Assembly (NCBI GenBank): GCA_965221125.1
Contig: CBDCRW010000004.1
Location: forward strand, 512,001 to 576,000
Source of the DNA: Alphaproteobacteria bacterium
GTDB taxonomy: Bacteria > Pseudomonadota > Alphaproteobacteria > UBA828
Direction: 5' to 3'
Length of the DNA: 64,000 bases
Shown here: in pieces, positions 30,934 through 40,865 of the stretch
Layout of the letters: each line of letters starts with the position of its first letter
Position numbering within the stretch: position 1 is the first letter of the stretch
Program-made: the position numbers and the translations under genes
The notes under the pieces: model-generated
Seen by the model: only the letters and a program-made list of their open reading frames with translations
Told to the model about the DNA's origin: nothing
Database searches by the model: none

Positions 30934-32193
30934 TCACGCGTCGCTGTCGTAATGGGCCTGGAGGATGGCAACGACGCCGTCGCGGCTGTATTCGGGCGGG
31001 ATCGCCTCGCGCTCGGCGAACATCTCGCGGAGCCGCGTACCCGAGATGCGGAGCTTCCCCTCGTCGCCGTGGCGGCAGGGCCGGCCGGCAGCCTCGCCCG
31101 TCGCCACCGCTGCCACCGCACGATGGCGCTCCGCCTCGGCGGGCGTGTTCGCCCGGCCGTCGGCGGCGAAGCACACGTTGCCCGTCGCCATGCCCTCGCA
31201 GTCGAAGCAATGGAACGTGTCGTCGACCTTGATGGGCCGGATGGCGAGGCTGTCCGCGCCGATCTCGTCGAAGATATGCTGCGCGTCGTAGGGCCCGTAA
31301 TAGCCGCCGAGCCCGGCATGGTCGCGCCCGACCACCAGGTGCGAGCACCCGAAATTCTGGCGGAAGAGCGCGTGCAGCAGCGCCTCCCTTGGGCCGGCGT
31401 AGCGCATCTCGATGGGGTAGCCCGCCTGGATCACGCGCCCTTCCGGGAAGTGGTTGGCGACCAGCCAGTCGATGGCGCGGACCCGCACGTCCGCCGGGAT
31501 GTCGCCTTGCTTGAGCGCGCCGAGCACCTGGTGAATGAGCACCCCGTCGCACACCTCGATGGCGACCTTGGCGAGAAACTCGTGGCTGCGGTGCATGGGG
31601 TTGCGGGTCTGGAAGGCGGCCACCGTAGACCAGCCGTGTTCGGCAAACAGCGCGCGGGTCTCGGCAGGCCGCAGGTAAAGCCCCCGGTACGTCTCGGGAA
31701 AGTGCCCCTCGGAGAGGACCGAGACCGGTCCCGCCAGGTTCACGGCGCCCTGCGCCATCACCTTGGCGACGCCGGGGTGGGCCTCGTCGGTCGTGCGGTA
31801 GACTTCGCGGCATTCCAGCGCCTTGTCGATGGCGTATCTCTCGGTAACGGTGAGGACGCCGAGAATCTCGCCCCCTTCGTCCATCAGCGCCGCCTCGTCG
31901 CCGACGGCGACGCCCACGTCCGCGCCGCAGGAAAGCGTGATGGGCAGCGGCCAGAAGAGCCCGTTCTCCAGGCGCATGTCGAGGCAGGCGCCCTTCCAGT
32001 CGGCCGCGCCCATGAAGCCGTCGAGCGGCGTGTAAGCTCCCATGGCGAGCATGAAGAGATCAGAAACCTCGCGGCTGGAGAGCGGCAGTTTCTTGAGGGT
32101 GCGCGCCCGCTTCAGCGCCTCGCCCCGCTCCTCTTCGGGTAGAAGCAGGGGTTTCAGCGTGGCGCTGCCGTGCGGGGCGATCAGGGTCGACAT
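30934..32193 (-). CDS. sat: Sulfate adenylyltransferase
   Basis: Start MSTLIAPHG (32193); AFQTRNPMHRSHE, MRYAGPREA and VGRDHAG motifs. Confidence 0.95.
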   Translation of the reverse strand: MSTLIAPHGSATLKPLLLPEEERGEALKRARTLKKLPLSSREVSDLFMLAMGAYTPLDGFMGAADWKGACLDMRLENGLFWPLPITLSCGADVGVAVGDEAALMDEGGEILGVLTVTERYAIDKALECREVYRTTDEAHPGVAKVMAQGAVNLAGPVSVLSEGHFPETYRGLYLRPAETRALFAEHGWSTVAAFQTRNPMHRSHEFLAKVAIEVCDGVLIHQVLGALKQGDIPADVRVRAIDWLVANHFPEGRVIQAGYPIEMRYAGPREALLHALFRQNFGCSHLVVGRDHAGLGGYYGPYDAQHIFDEIGADSLAIRPIKVDDTFHCFDCEGMATGNVCFAADGRANTPAEAERHRAVAAVATGEAAGRPCRHGDEGKLRISGTRLREMFAEREAIPPEYSRDGVVAILQAHYDSDA

Positions 32194-32251
32194 GGGGCGT
32201 CCCCGCCGTTGGGAGCGTCGGAGAGACGACGATCCCGGCGCGAAATCGGGG

Positions 32252-34096
32252 CTAATCCACGATGTGGTAGACGGGGGCCTTCTCCATCGCCCATTCCCCG
32301 GATTCCCGATCGTAGCGAGACAAGGTGAAGCAGTGCCAATCGGCGTCATCTAGCTTCGGATGATCGCCCCGGTAGTAGTATCCCGGCCACCGCGTCTCCG
32401 TCCTGTACAGCGTGTGATGGATCACGGCCTCCGAGGCCAACACCCGGTGGTGCAGCTCCCACGCCCGCTGCAGTTGGTGCAGGTCTTCGGCGCCGAGATG
32501 GCCCAAGTCCTCCTTCAGCATGCCCATCAACTCCAGACCTCGGGCGAGCATGGGCTCGTTCGTCGTGTAGGCGGCGCTGATGCCGCCCACGTACTCGTCC
32601 ATGAGCTTCTCGAGCCGCTGGAGGCCGTGGATCGGCAGCATGTAGCTCGGCGAGACCGTCCCTGCCACGATCTCGTTGCGGCCCACCCGGTAGGTCTCGA
32701 GCGGCTGGTAGATGACCTTCTTGAGGTCTTCGTACTCTTTCTCGCTGACCTGCGGCTGCTCGCCCTTGAGGTCGTTCACGTAGTTGACCGCCGCTTTTCC
32801 GGCAATCCGGCCTTCCGTGTACGAGCCCGACGAGAACTTGTGGGCGGAGCCGCCGATGGTGTCGCCGGCGCCGAACAGCCCGTCGACGGTCATCATCCGG
32901 TTGTAGCCCCACTGGTAGTCTGCCGGCGCGCAGTCTTCCGGCCCGCTGGCCCAGGCGCCCGAGCAGGTGGCGTGCGAGCCCATGACGTAGGGCTCGGAGG
33001 TGGTGAGTTCCGGGTTGGTGTGCTTGGGATCGATGTTCTGCGACGCCCAGACCACCGCCTGGCCGATCGTCATGCCCAGAAAATTCTCCCAGCCGACCTG
33101 CTCCTTGTGGGGGTCGGCGAAGGCCTCCTTCGTCACCATGCGGATGGGCCCGCGCCCGGCCTTCACCTCCTCCAGGAAGGCGTGGTTGCGCAGGCACGTT
33201 GGCACGGGATGCATGTCGATGTAGTCGCCCACCAGCGCCTTGGTCTGGTCGTACCACTTGGACTCGTACTCCTCCCCGTAGGCGTTCTCGGTGTACGTCT
33301 TGAGGTGGAGGAAGTAGGCGCCGACCGGGCCGTAGCCGTCCTTGAAGCGGGTCAGGACGATGCGGTTCTCCATCTGCGTCATCTTGGCGCCGACGAGGAT
33401 CGGCAGCGCATAGGCCGACGCGCTGCTCCAGGGCGCGTACCAGGTGCGCCCCATCCCTTCGCCCACCGCGCGCGGCTTGAAGATGTGCGACGCACCGCCG
33501 GCGGAGACGATCACCGACTTCGCGCGGAAGACGTGAAAGTCCCCGGTGCGGACGTTGAAGCCGACCGCGCCGGCGACGCGGTTGGGCTTCGTCCGGTCCA
33601 TCAGCAGGTGGGTCACCATGATCCGGTTGTAGACTTCCGTGGCGGCCTTGCGCGCGGCCTCGGCGACGATCGGCTTGTAGCTCTCGCCGTGGATCATGAT
33701 CTGCCACTTGCCTTCGCGCTGGTAACGCCCCGTCTCCGGGTCCCGCATGATGGGGAGGCCCCACTCTTCGAACTTGTGCACCGTGGAGTCGACGTGGCGC
33801 GCGATGTCGTAGCCGAGGTCCTCCCGCACCAGGCCCATGAGGTCGTTCCGCGCGTAGCGGACGTGGTCCTCCGGCTGGTTCTCGTCCCACTGCATGCCCA
33901 TGTAGCAGTTGATCGCATAAAGGCCCTGGGCCACGGCGCCGCTGCGCTCGATGTTCGCCTTCTCGACGCAGACCACCTTCAGGTCGCGCCCCCAGTAGCC
34001 GGCCTCGTAGGTCGCCCCGCAGCCGGCCATGCCGCCGCCGACGACCAGGATGTCCGCATCCACGAACACCGTTTTCCGGCGCGAGAACAGAGCCAC
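32252..34096 (-). CDS. aprA: Adenylylsulfate reductase alpha subunit
   Basis: GTG at 34096 overlapping the aprB TAG; ERSGAVAQGL, GKWQIMIHGESYK, RFKDGYGPVGA and HKFSSGS motifs. Confidence 0.96.
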   Translation of the reverse strand: MALFSRRKTVFVDADILVVGGGMAGCGATYEAGYWGRDLKVVCVEKANIERSGAVAQGLYAINCYMGMQWDENQPEDHVRYARNDLMGLVREDLGYDIARHVDSTVHKFEEWGLPIMRDPETGRYQREGKWQIMIHGESYKPIVAEAARKAATEVYNRIMVTHLLMDRTKPNRVAGAVGFNVRTGDFHVFRAKSVIVSAGGASHIFKPRAVGEGMGRTWYAPWSSASAYALPILVGAKMTQMENRIVLTRFKDGYGPVGAYFLHLKTYTENAYGEEYESKWYDQTKALVGDYIDMHPVPTCLRNHAFLEEVKAGRGPIRMVTKEAFADPHKEQVGWENFLGMTIGQAVVWASQNIDPKHTNPELTTSEPYVMGSHATCSGAWASGPEDCAPADYQWGYNRMMTVDGLFGAGDTIGGSAHKFSSGSYTEGRIAGKAAVNYVNDLKGEQPQVSEKEYEDLKKVIYQPLETYRVGRNEIVAGTVSPSYMLPIHGLQRLEKLMDEYVGGISAAYTTNEPMLARGLELMGMLKEDLGHLGAEDLHQLQRAWELHHRVLASEAVIHHTLYRTETRWPGYYYRGDHPKLDDADWHCFTLSRYDRESGEWAMEKAPVYHIVD

Positions 34097-34557
34097 TAGA
34101 GGACTCCCTGCTTGAAGCGATCCGGCGGCATCGCGGGCAGCGCATCGACGTTGAGCGCGTCCGGTTCGTGCGCGAGCTCCTGGGACTTCATCGCCTCCCC
34201 GCCAGGTGCCTCGTAGTCGCCCGGCGGGGGGATCGACCCCCATGGCGTGGTGCGGATCGGGGAGACGAAGTCTTTCTCCGTGCCGTCCCGGAACTTGATC
34301 TTCCAGGAGATGGTGCCCTTCTCCTCCTCCCGCAGCGCGCGGACGCTGTGGCCCATGGGGGCAAAGTCGGCGTAGCCGCGGCAGTCGATGGCATGCTGGG
34401 GGCACGCCTTGACGCAGGAGTAGCACTCCCAGCACATGTTGGGCTCGATGTTGTAGGCGCGCCGGTAGGTCTTATCGATGTGCATGATGTCGGACGGGCA
34501 GATGTCGACGCAGTAGCCGCAGCCGTCGCACCGGGTCATGTAGACGAAGGTCGGCAT
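34096..34557 (-). CDS. aprB: Adenylylsulfate reductase beta subunit
   Basis: MPTFV, CDGC...CVDICP and CWECYSCVKACP motifs. Confidence 0.96.
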   Translation of the reverse strand: MPTFVYMTRCDGCGYCVDICPSDIMHIDKTYRRAYNIEPNMCWECYSCVKACPQHAIDCRGYADFAPMGHSVRALREEEKGTISWKIKFRDGTEKDFVSPIRTTPWGSIPPPGDYEAPGGEAMKSQELAHEPDALNVDALPAMPPDRFKQGVL

Positions 34558-34600
34558 GTGGTTCGGTTATCTCCTCTGTCGAAGAGCGCTGTGGGGCCGA

Positions 34601-35386
34601 TCAGTAGTGGCGCGGCCGTTCGCGGGTGCTGCCGAAGGTCGCGGGCTTGTCGGCAGGCGGCGGCAGGTTGCTCCTCGCGCCCGTCGCCTCGGACACGCGC
34701 TTCTCGAAGGCCGCCGCCGGCTTGAAAAACATGTGCGAAAACTTGGACCACGGAACGGAGCCGAACAGCACCGTCGTCGCGATGAGGTAGAGGCCGAGCA
34801 CCGCGTTCGTCCCCGCACTGTCAATCGACTGCAGCGCGGCCCAGATCAGCCCCAGCGACACGCTGGCGAGAAGCGAGAGGATGAACAGGTCGGCGCGCAC
34901 GATGCGGAACGGCGTATGGCCCTCGGCCGCGATGTCAACCCGGATGAAGAACCAGAACCAGTAGCCGCCGAGGCAGACCAGCAGGGCGCCGGCGATCCAG
35001 AGCTGGGGCAGGACGGCGGGCGTGGTCGTCTCGGTCGACGGGTAGCAAAACACCATGACGATGGTAGTCGCGACGTAGAGCAGGAAGCCGTACATCGTCA
35101 GCAGGTGGGCCGCCCGGCGGCGCCCGTGGCCGAACTCGGCGGACGTCGCGACCTCCGACAGGGCGGTCTGGATCGCGAGGCCAGCCACCCTCCCACCGCC
35201 GACCTGGCGCGACCCCGTGCCCCGCGCGTTCCGCCAGCTGGTGAAGAAGTAGGTGGCGCTCCCCTTGTGCCAGACGTCGAACAGGGTGCCGCCCACCACC
35301 AGCGCGATCATGACGCCGACGTAAATCTGGATTACCTCGGTCGGAATGGTCGCCGAAAGCGCGGCAAAGGGATTGCTGGTGAACAC
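34601..35386 (-). CDS. aprM: APS reductase membrane anchor AprM
   Basis: Polytopic membrane protein directly upstream of aprB; MFTSNPFA start, HKGSATYF and WSKFSHMF motifs. Confidence 0.85.
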   Translation of the reverse strand: MFTSNPFAALSATIPTEVIQIYVGVMIALVVGGTLFDVWHKGSATYFFTSWRNARGTGSRQVGGGRVAGLAIQTALSEVATSAEFGHGRRRAAHLLTMYGFLLYVATTIVMVFCYPSTETTTPAVLPQLWIAGALLVCLGGYWFWFFIRVDIAAEGHTPFRIVRADLFILSLLASVSLGLIWAALQSIDSAGTNAVLGLYLIATTVLFGSVPWSKFSHMFFKPAAAFEKRVSEATGARSNLPPPADKPATFGSTRERPRHY

Positions 35387-35552
35387 GTTATTTCCCCGGT
35401 CGGTCTGTTCCGTTCAACACCCGGCGCGACTGTATCGATCCGGCCCCGGGAAAGATACCACCTCTTGGCGCAATCGGTTCGGGACGCGCGGCGGAGACGG
35501 ACCCTGCCCGCGCTCGGTCGCGATACGGTTGGAAGGGGCCATGACGCGGCAT

Positions 35553-35566
35553 TGTAACCGGTTACA
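35553..35566. promoter_or_regulatory. Perfect 14-bp palindrome upstream of aprM (candidate operator)
   Basis: TGTAACCGGTTACA, about 170 bp upstream of the aprM start. Confidence 0.45.
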
Positions 35567-35607
35567 TCTGCCGAAGATACGGGCGCGGCACGGGGCGGTG
35601 CGCGGAA

Positions 35608-37020
35608 TCAGCGGGCTGCGTCGAGCGCCGGCACGGGCAGGCCGCTCGGCACGCTCTCGGGCACGATGAGCGCGCGACTCCCGGCCTGGTCGTCTTCCAG
35701 GCTCTGCAGGAAGGCGAGTAGGCTCGCGCGCTCGTCCTCGCCGAGCACGACGCCCCGCCTCAGCGTGCGCGAGAAGCTCGCCCGACGCGCCGCCTCGGCC
35801 TCGGTCTCGTGGGGTGACGGGTCGGGTGGGGCGAGGTGCAGGGCAATCGCCTCCTCCAGGCTCGCCACGGCACCGCTGTGGAAGTAGGGCGCGGTCAGCG
35901 TGACGTTGCGGAGCGGCGGCGTGCGGAACTGATAGAGGTGGCGGGGGATGCGCGTCGCCTCGTAGCGGCCCCGGTCGTCGCCGCTCTCGTCGTCGCCCCC
36001 GCTCACGTCGACGCCGGGGCCGATCTGTGGCACGGCAAGCGAGTGGAACTGGAAGTCGCTCAGCAGCGGGCCACTGTGGCAGGCGGCGCAGCGGGCCTTG
36101 CCGTAGAAGAGCAGCGCGCCCTCCTTTGCCGCGCGGTCGATGGCACCCCTGTCGCCGCCGAGGTAGCGGTCCCACGGCGTGTCGCGGGTCACGAAAGCCA
36201 GGGCCTGGAAGTGGCCCAAGGCGTTGGCGAGATCGCCCATGGTGACGCCGCCGAGCAGCGTATCGGGAAAGGCGTCGGCGACGAGCCGGCGATAGGCGAT
36301 CTGCCAGTCGGCGAGCGGTGTGCCGGCCTGGCCCAGCAGCCGGCGCATGAGCGCATCGTGGACCGCCACGAAGAGCTCCGGCTCGTCCTCGTCCAGGCCG
36401 GCCGCGGCGAGCGCAATCTCGTTGGGCTTGTCGCCGTGGCCGCCGGGGAGACCGGGCGCCGAGCGGTCGCCGGGCAGGCCCAGCATCTCCTCCTCGCCTG
36501 CAAGGGGGAAGAGCGCCTGGGCCGCCAGCACGCTCTCGATCCCGTCCGGCAGAAAATCCATCATCGGGGTCTGGAAGCGGCTCACCGGCGCGTCGACCTC
36601 GCTCACCCGCCCGTCCCAGAACATGTTGCGCACGCTTGCGTGGCCCCGATTCCAAAGGTCCATGGAGTTGCGCGGGTGCACACGGGGCTCGCCAAGCGGG
36701 CGGCGGTTCTCCGCAAGGCCCGCCGCGTCCACGCCCACCGCGAGATCGACTCCGTCCGACGTGCCGCGGCCCAGCAGGTGGCAGGTGGCGCAGGCCACGT
36801 CCCGCGTGCCGCTGAGGATGGGGTCGAAGAACAGCATCTGGCCGAGCCGGAACTTGGGCGAGGGCACCAGCGGCGGCATCTCCAGGGGCTCGAGCCCGCG
36901 CGCCGCGATGACGCGCTCGAGCGCGCCGTCGAGGTCGTCATCGGCCCCGTGCGCGGGCCCGGCGATCGCGCCTGCGATGCAGAACCACAGCAGCGCCCTG
37001 GCAAGCCGAAACGGCCGCAT
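35608..37020 (-). CDS. Di-haem cytochrome c peroxidase/MauG family protein
   Basis: Signal peptide; LFFDPILSG, CATCH, FWDGR, CAACH and FRTPPLRNV...PYFHSG motifs. Confidence 0.88.
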   Translation of the reverse strand: MRPFRLARALLWFCIAGAIAGPAHGADDDLDGALERVIAARGLEPLEMPPLVPSPKFRLGQMLFFDPILSGTRDVACATCHLLGRGTSDGVDLAVGVDAAGLAENRRPLGEPRVHPRNSMDLWNRGHASVRNMFWDGRVSEVDAPVSRFQTPMMDFLPDGIESVLAAQALFPLAGEEEMLGLPGDRSAPGLPGGHGDKPNEIALAAAGLDEDEPELFVAVHDALMRRLLGQAGTPLADWQIAYRRLVADAFPDTLLGGVTMGDLANALGHFQALAFVTRDTPWDRYLGGDRGAIDRAAKEGALLFYGKARCAACHSGPLLSDFQFHSLAVPQIGPGVDVSGGDDESGDDRGRYEATRIPRHLYQFRTPPLRNVTLTAPYFHSGAVASLEEAIALHLAPPDPSPHETEAEAARRASFSRTLRRGVVLGEDERASLLAFLQSLEDDQAGSRALIVPESVPSGLPVPALDAAR

Positions 37021-37113
37021 GACGGCAGTCCTTCAACCCGTTCGGTCTGCCGGCGAGCTTAGCCCGGATTTCCGGGCATGGTCATGGTTTGCGTCAAGCC
37101 GAAGGCGCGCGGA

Positions 37114-38505
37114 CTATCGGGCGGCCGTGCCCCCCATCGCGAGCGAGCTGGAGGCGCGGAAATCCACGTCCTTCGGGTGGCCGTCGAGCGCCAGCCGGAC
37201 AGCACGGTCGAGGCGCTCGGTGAACGCCTGAATCTCCGCCTCGGTGACGGTGAGCGGCGGGCAGATGCGCAGGAAATTCTTCACGCAGATGACGATCACG
37301 CCGCCCAACGCCGCGTTGAGGCGGATACGCTCGGCCATGGCAGGGTCGGGCGTGCGGGTCTCCTTGTCGCTCACGATGTCGAGCATCTGGTAGAGGCCCT
37401 GGCCGCGCACGTCGCCGATCACGTCGTGTGCGTCGCGCAGGCGCTCCAGCGCGGCGCGCAACACCTGGCCCATGGCGGCGGCACGCTCGTCGAGCCTGTC
37501 GCGCAGCACGATCTCCAGCTGCTTGTCGGCGACCGCCGCCGGCAGCGGGTCGCCGGAATAGGTGCCGGCCCAGGGGAGCCCCGCCTTGCCGCGCGCCTCC
37601 TCCGCGATCTCGTGCGTCGTCACCGCGCCGCAGATCGCAAGGCCTGCGCTCATGCCCTTGGCGAAGGTGACGATGTCCGGTGTCACGTCATAGTGCTGGA
37701 AGCCCCAGAGCTTGCCGGTGCGGGCCGGCGCGAGCTGCGCCTCGTCCAGCACCAGCAGCGCGCCCTCCGCCTCCGCCAGCTCCTTGAGCCGGGGTAGCCA
37801 CTCTGGCGGCGGCACCACCATGCCGCCCGCGACCAGCATGGTCTCGGCTAGCACCGCCGCGATATCGCCCGAGGTCACGTGGTCGATCAGCTCGCGCGAC
37901 TGTGCGAGGCAGGCCACGTCGCAGGCCGGGTATTCAAGGTTGACCGGGCAGCGATAGCAGAAGGGCGCGTAGATCGCGGGCGCGTTGGCGGGCGCGAGCA
38001 GCGGCCCGAGATGACGCCGCCGGGCGCCGCCGATCGTGGTCACCGATTCCACCGCGAGGCTGCCGCCGTGGAGGCCTCGGATTACCGAGAGAATGTCGTG
38101 CTTGCCGGTGACCGCGAGCGCCATACGCATGGCGACCTCGTTCGCCTCCGAGCCCGTGACAGCGAAGTTCACGACCTCGAGCCCCTCCGGCAGGGTGCCG
38201 GCGATTCGCTCGGCGAAGCGCACGAGGTGGGGGTTCGAATACCAGGAATTCTCGTGCCAGAGCTTGCCGGCTTCGGCGCGCATGACCTCCACCAGTTCGG
38301 GGTGGCAGTGGCCCAGCACGTTGCACATCATGCCGGCGGTGAGATCGTAGTAGCGCTTGCCGTCGACGTCGTGGAGCCAGATGCCCTCGCCGCGCTCGAA
38401 CTGGATCGCCGGCTGGTAGCGCCAGCCGAAGACGTGGGCTGCGTCCCGCGCCATCAAGTCGGCGTGGGTGTTGGAGGGGTTGTGGCCGGGTGCGGCGTCA
38501 GCCAT
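37114..38505 (-). CDS. Class-III PLP aminotransferase (dialkylglycine decarboxylase-like)
   Basis: Start MADAAPG (38505); LGHCHPE, TGSEANE, LDEAQ and PDIVTFAKG motifs. Confidence 0.85.
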   Translation of the reverse strand: MADAAPGHNPSNTHADLMARDAAHVFGWRYQPAIQFERGEGIWLHDVDGKRYYDLTAGMMCNVLGHCHPELVEVMRAEAGKLWHENSWYSNPHLVRFAERIAGTLPEGLEVVNFAVTGSEANEVAMRMALAVTGKHDILSVIRGLHGGSLAVESVTTIGGARRRHLGPLLAPANAPAIYAPFCYRCPVNLEYPACDVACLAQSRELIDHVTSGDIAAVLAETMLVAGGMVVPPPEWLPRLKELAEAEGALLVLDEAQLAPARTGKLWGFQHYDVTPDIVTFAKGMSAGLAICGAVTTHEIAEEARGKAGLPWAGTYSGDPLPAAVADKQLEIVLRDRLDERAAAMGQVLRAALERLRDAHDVIGDVRGQGLYQMLDIVSDKETRTPDPAMAERIRLNAALGGVIVICVKNFLRICPPLTVTEAEIQAFTERLDRAVRLALDGHPKDVDFRASSSLAMGGTAAR

Positions 38506-40837
38506 CGGGCGCGGCCGGAAGCGCGACGGAAATGTCCCGGAGGATCGGATCGGTGGCGACCGCGATCTCGTTCTCGATCTGCGCGCCGCAGCCGGGGCAG
38601 CAGAAGAGCCGGAACTCGACGGGATCATCCACGAAGAGCGAGGGATCGCCGATCAGCGGGTTGGAGTCCGAGACCGGGCGCACGTCCTGCAGGCAGGCGT
38701 CCTTGTAGTTGGCATCAAGGGGCCCGAGGGACGCCCCGCAGTCGCCGCAGGCCCAGTAGGCGCCTTCGGCATCCTCGCGCACGTCGAGAGAATCGGTCGC
38801 GCGCAGCCGCAGATCGCCGTCGCGCTCTGTCTGCGGCGTGGCTCCATTGGTCAGGCGGGCGAGGCGGTCGGCCTTGACGGCGGCGCGGTTGCGCTCCGTG
38901 GCCTCCGCGTCGACGGTTACGTCGTTCTCGCCCAGCACGGCCCCGAAGATCGCCCGCGCCGCCTCCGGCGTGACGTTCTGGTGCAGCAGGTCGTGCTGGA
39001 TCTTCGCCGGGTCCCGCCGCATCGGGTCGCCGAAGCCGCCGCCGCCGGACCAGCGCACCGCGTAGACGTCCGAAGGGTGCTGGTCGAAGTTCTCCTGCCT
39101 GAGCTCCAGGTGCTCCGGCCGGCCCGAGACCTGCGAGTGGTCGTCGATCAGCCGGCGCTCGGCCATGCGCTCCAGGATGTCGCTCTCGCGGATGAACTGG
39201 TAGGCGTTGGTGGTGGACGGGAAGCCCCCCATCATGCCGGTGGATGTCGGCGTCGCGTTGCCGGACGACAGCGTGTCCTGGGTGATGCGTTCGGTGTTGT
39301 GGGGGATGAAGCAGGTCTCGGCGGAAAGCCCGCCGCGGTACCGGCCGGCGCCGCCCGAATCCGGCAACTCCTTGCGGTAGAGCACCAGCAGCGGGAAGTT
39401 CTGCTCGTTGTGCTCCACGTTGGGGAGCTGGCAGATCGGCGTCCGTGCCTGGCCGCCGGTGTTGATGCCGTCGGCGTGCGCGAACGCGCCGATGGAGCCG
39501 CCGATGGGGTCGATCAGCAGGTAGCCGTAGCGCTCGCCCCACTGGTCGATGCCGCGGAAGAGCGTCGCCGGCCACTGGCTGGTGCCGCCGATGCCCATGA
39601 TGTCGCCGCGCAGCTCCTCGTCCGAAAACAGCATCTTGGAGATCGCGTTGTAGGCGGGGTAGAGCGATATCTCCATCGACTGGGTGGGCGCGGTCGACAC
39701 GCTCGCCGGGAAGTCCGCGCAGTTGAGCGTGCCGGCGGTGGGGTCGAAGTCGATGTGCCGGAGCGCGCCGCCCACCGCGAAATACTGGTCCCATGCCAGC
39801 AGCTCGTTGATCGCCACCATGACCGAGCCGCGCCAACCGGAATAGGTGGCATTCATGGCGCCGTCCTGCGGCGCGGTGCCGTCGTTGTCGAAGATCAGCC
39901 GGTTGCCCTTCTTGGTCACGGTGATCTGGACCCGGTGGGTGCGTCGGTCCCCCGGCCGGCAGGCCTCGACGTAGGTGCGGTCGCTCCAGGCGCCGTCGGG
40001 CAGGCGCTCCAGCTTGGCGAGGAAGGCGGTCTCGGCATTGTCGATGATCCGCTTCATCACGCCCTTGACCGTGCGCGGCCCGTAGCGGCGGACGAGCTGC
40101 AGCAGGCGCTCGCGCGCGCTCATGTTGCCGGCGAGCTGGGCGCGGAAGTCGAGCGCCACCATCTCGGGCTTGCGGGAGGAGCGCAGGTATAGCTCCTCGA
40201 TGTCGCGGCGCACCACGTCGTTCTCGACGATCTTCACCGGCGGGATGAGGATGCCTTCGTCGAAGGCGCTCTCCGCCGCGGGGCAGAAGCTGCCGGGCGT
40301 GATGCCGCCGATGTCGTACTGGTGCAGGCAATTGGTGATCCAGCAGAAAAGCTCGCCCTCCCAGAACACCGGGCAGATCACCATCACGTCCATCTGGTGC
40401 GCGGCGCCCACCCAGGGGTCGTTGGCGAGGAACATGTCGCCCTCGCGGATGCCCGGATTGTCGCTGCGGTTCTCCAGGATCCACTTCACCTGCGTGTCGG
40501 TGACGCCCGACATGTACTGCATGTACGGGCCGAAATAGACGAACTCGGCGTCCTCGGTGAGGATCGAGGGGTTGAGGTCGAGTGCGTAGATCGCGACCGG
40601 CGAGCCTGAGATGCGCTGGATGGTGGCGCCGTGCTCCTCGTTGATGTTCCAGAGGTTGTGGCGGATCACCTCGTAGGTGACTGGGTCGATGTCCGTCTCC
40701 CAGTCCCGATGGAGGGTGAGGGAGTCGGAGATGTTGAGCTGCCTGGGCGGCACGTAGGGCTTGGCCACGCCGTCGAAGCGGGTGTCCGTCATCTCGCTGA
40801 TGCGCCGCATGGTCGTGGCCTGTGCGCCGGTATTCAT
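38498..40837 (-). CDS. Hydantoinase B/oxoprolinase family protein with C-terminal acetone-carboxylase-gamma-like domain
   Basis: DPVTYEVIRH, NDPW..AAH..D, DSGGAGRYRGG, GGGGFGDP; tail WACGDCG...NYKDAC...FCCPGCG.QIENE. Confidence 0.82.
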   Translation of the reverse strand: MNTGAQATTMRRISEMTDTRFDGVAKPYVPPRQLNISDSLTLHRDWETDIDPVTYEVIRHNLWNINEEHGATIQRISGSPVAIYALDLNPSILTEDAEFVYFGPYMQYMSGVTDTQVKWILENRSDNPGIREGDMFLANDPWVGAAHQMDVMVICPVFWEGELFCWITNCLHQYDIGGITPGSFCPAAESAFDEGILIPPVKIVENDVVRRDIEELYLRSSRKPEMVALDFRAQLAGNMSARERLLQLVRRYGPRTVKGVMKRIIDNAETAFLAKLERLPDGAWSDRTYVEACRPGDRRTHRVQITVTKKGNRLIFDNDGTAPQDGAMNATYSGWRGSVMVAINELLAWDQYFAVGGALRHIDFDPTAGTLNCADFPASVSTAPTQSMEISLYPAYNAISKMLFSDEELRGDIMGIGGTSQWPATLFRGIDQWGERYGYLLIDPIGGSIGAFAHADGINTGGQARTPICQLPNVEHNEQNFPLLVLYRKELPDSGGAGRYRGGLSAETCFIPHNTERITQDTLSSGNATPTSTGMMGGFPSTTNAYQFIRESDILERMAERRLIDDHSQVSGRPEHLELRQENFDQHPSDVYAVRWSGGGGFGDPMRRDPAKIQHDLLHQNVTPEAARAIFGAVLGENDVTVDAEATERNRAAVKADRLARLTNGATPQTERDGDLRLRATDSLDVREDAEGAYWACGDCGASLGPLDANYKDACLQDVRPVSDSNPLIGDPSLFVDDPVEFRLFCCPGCGAQIENEIAVATDPILRDISVALPAAPDG

Positions 40838-40865
40838 GGTTCAGCCCCGTCTGCTGCTGTCCAGC

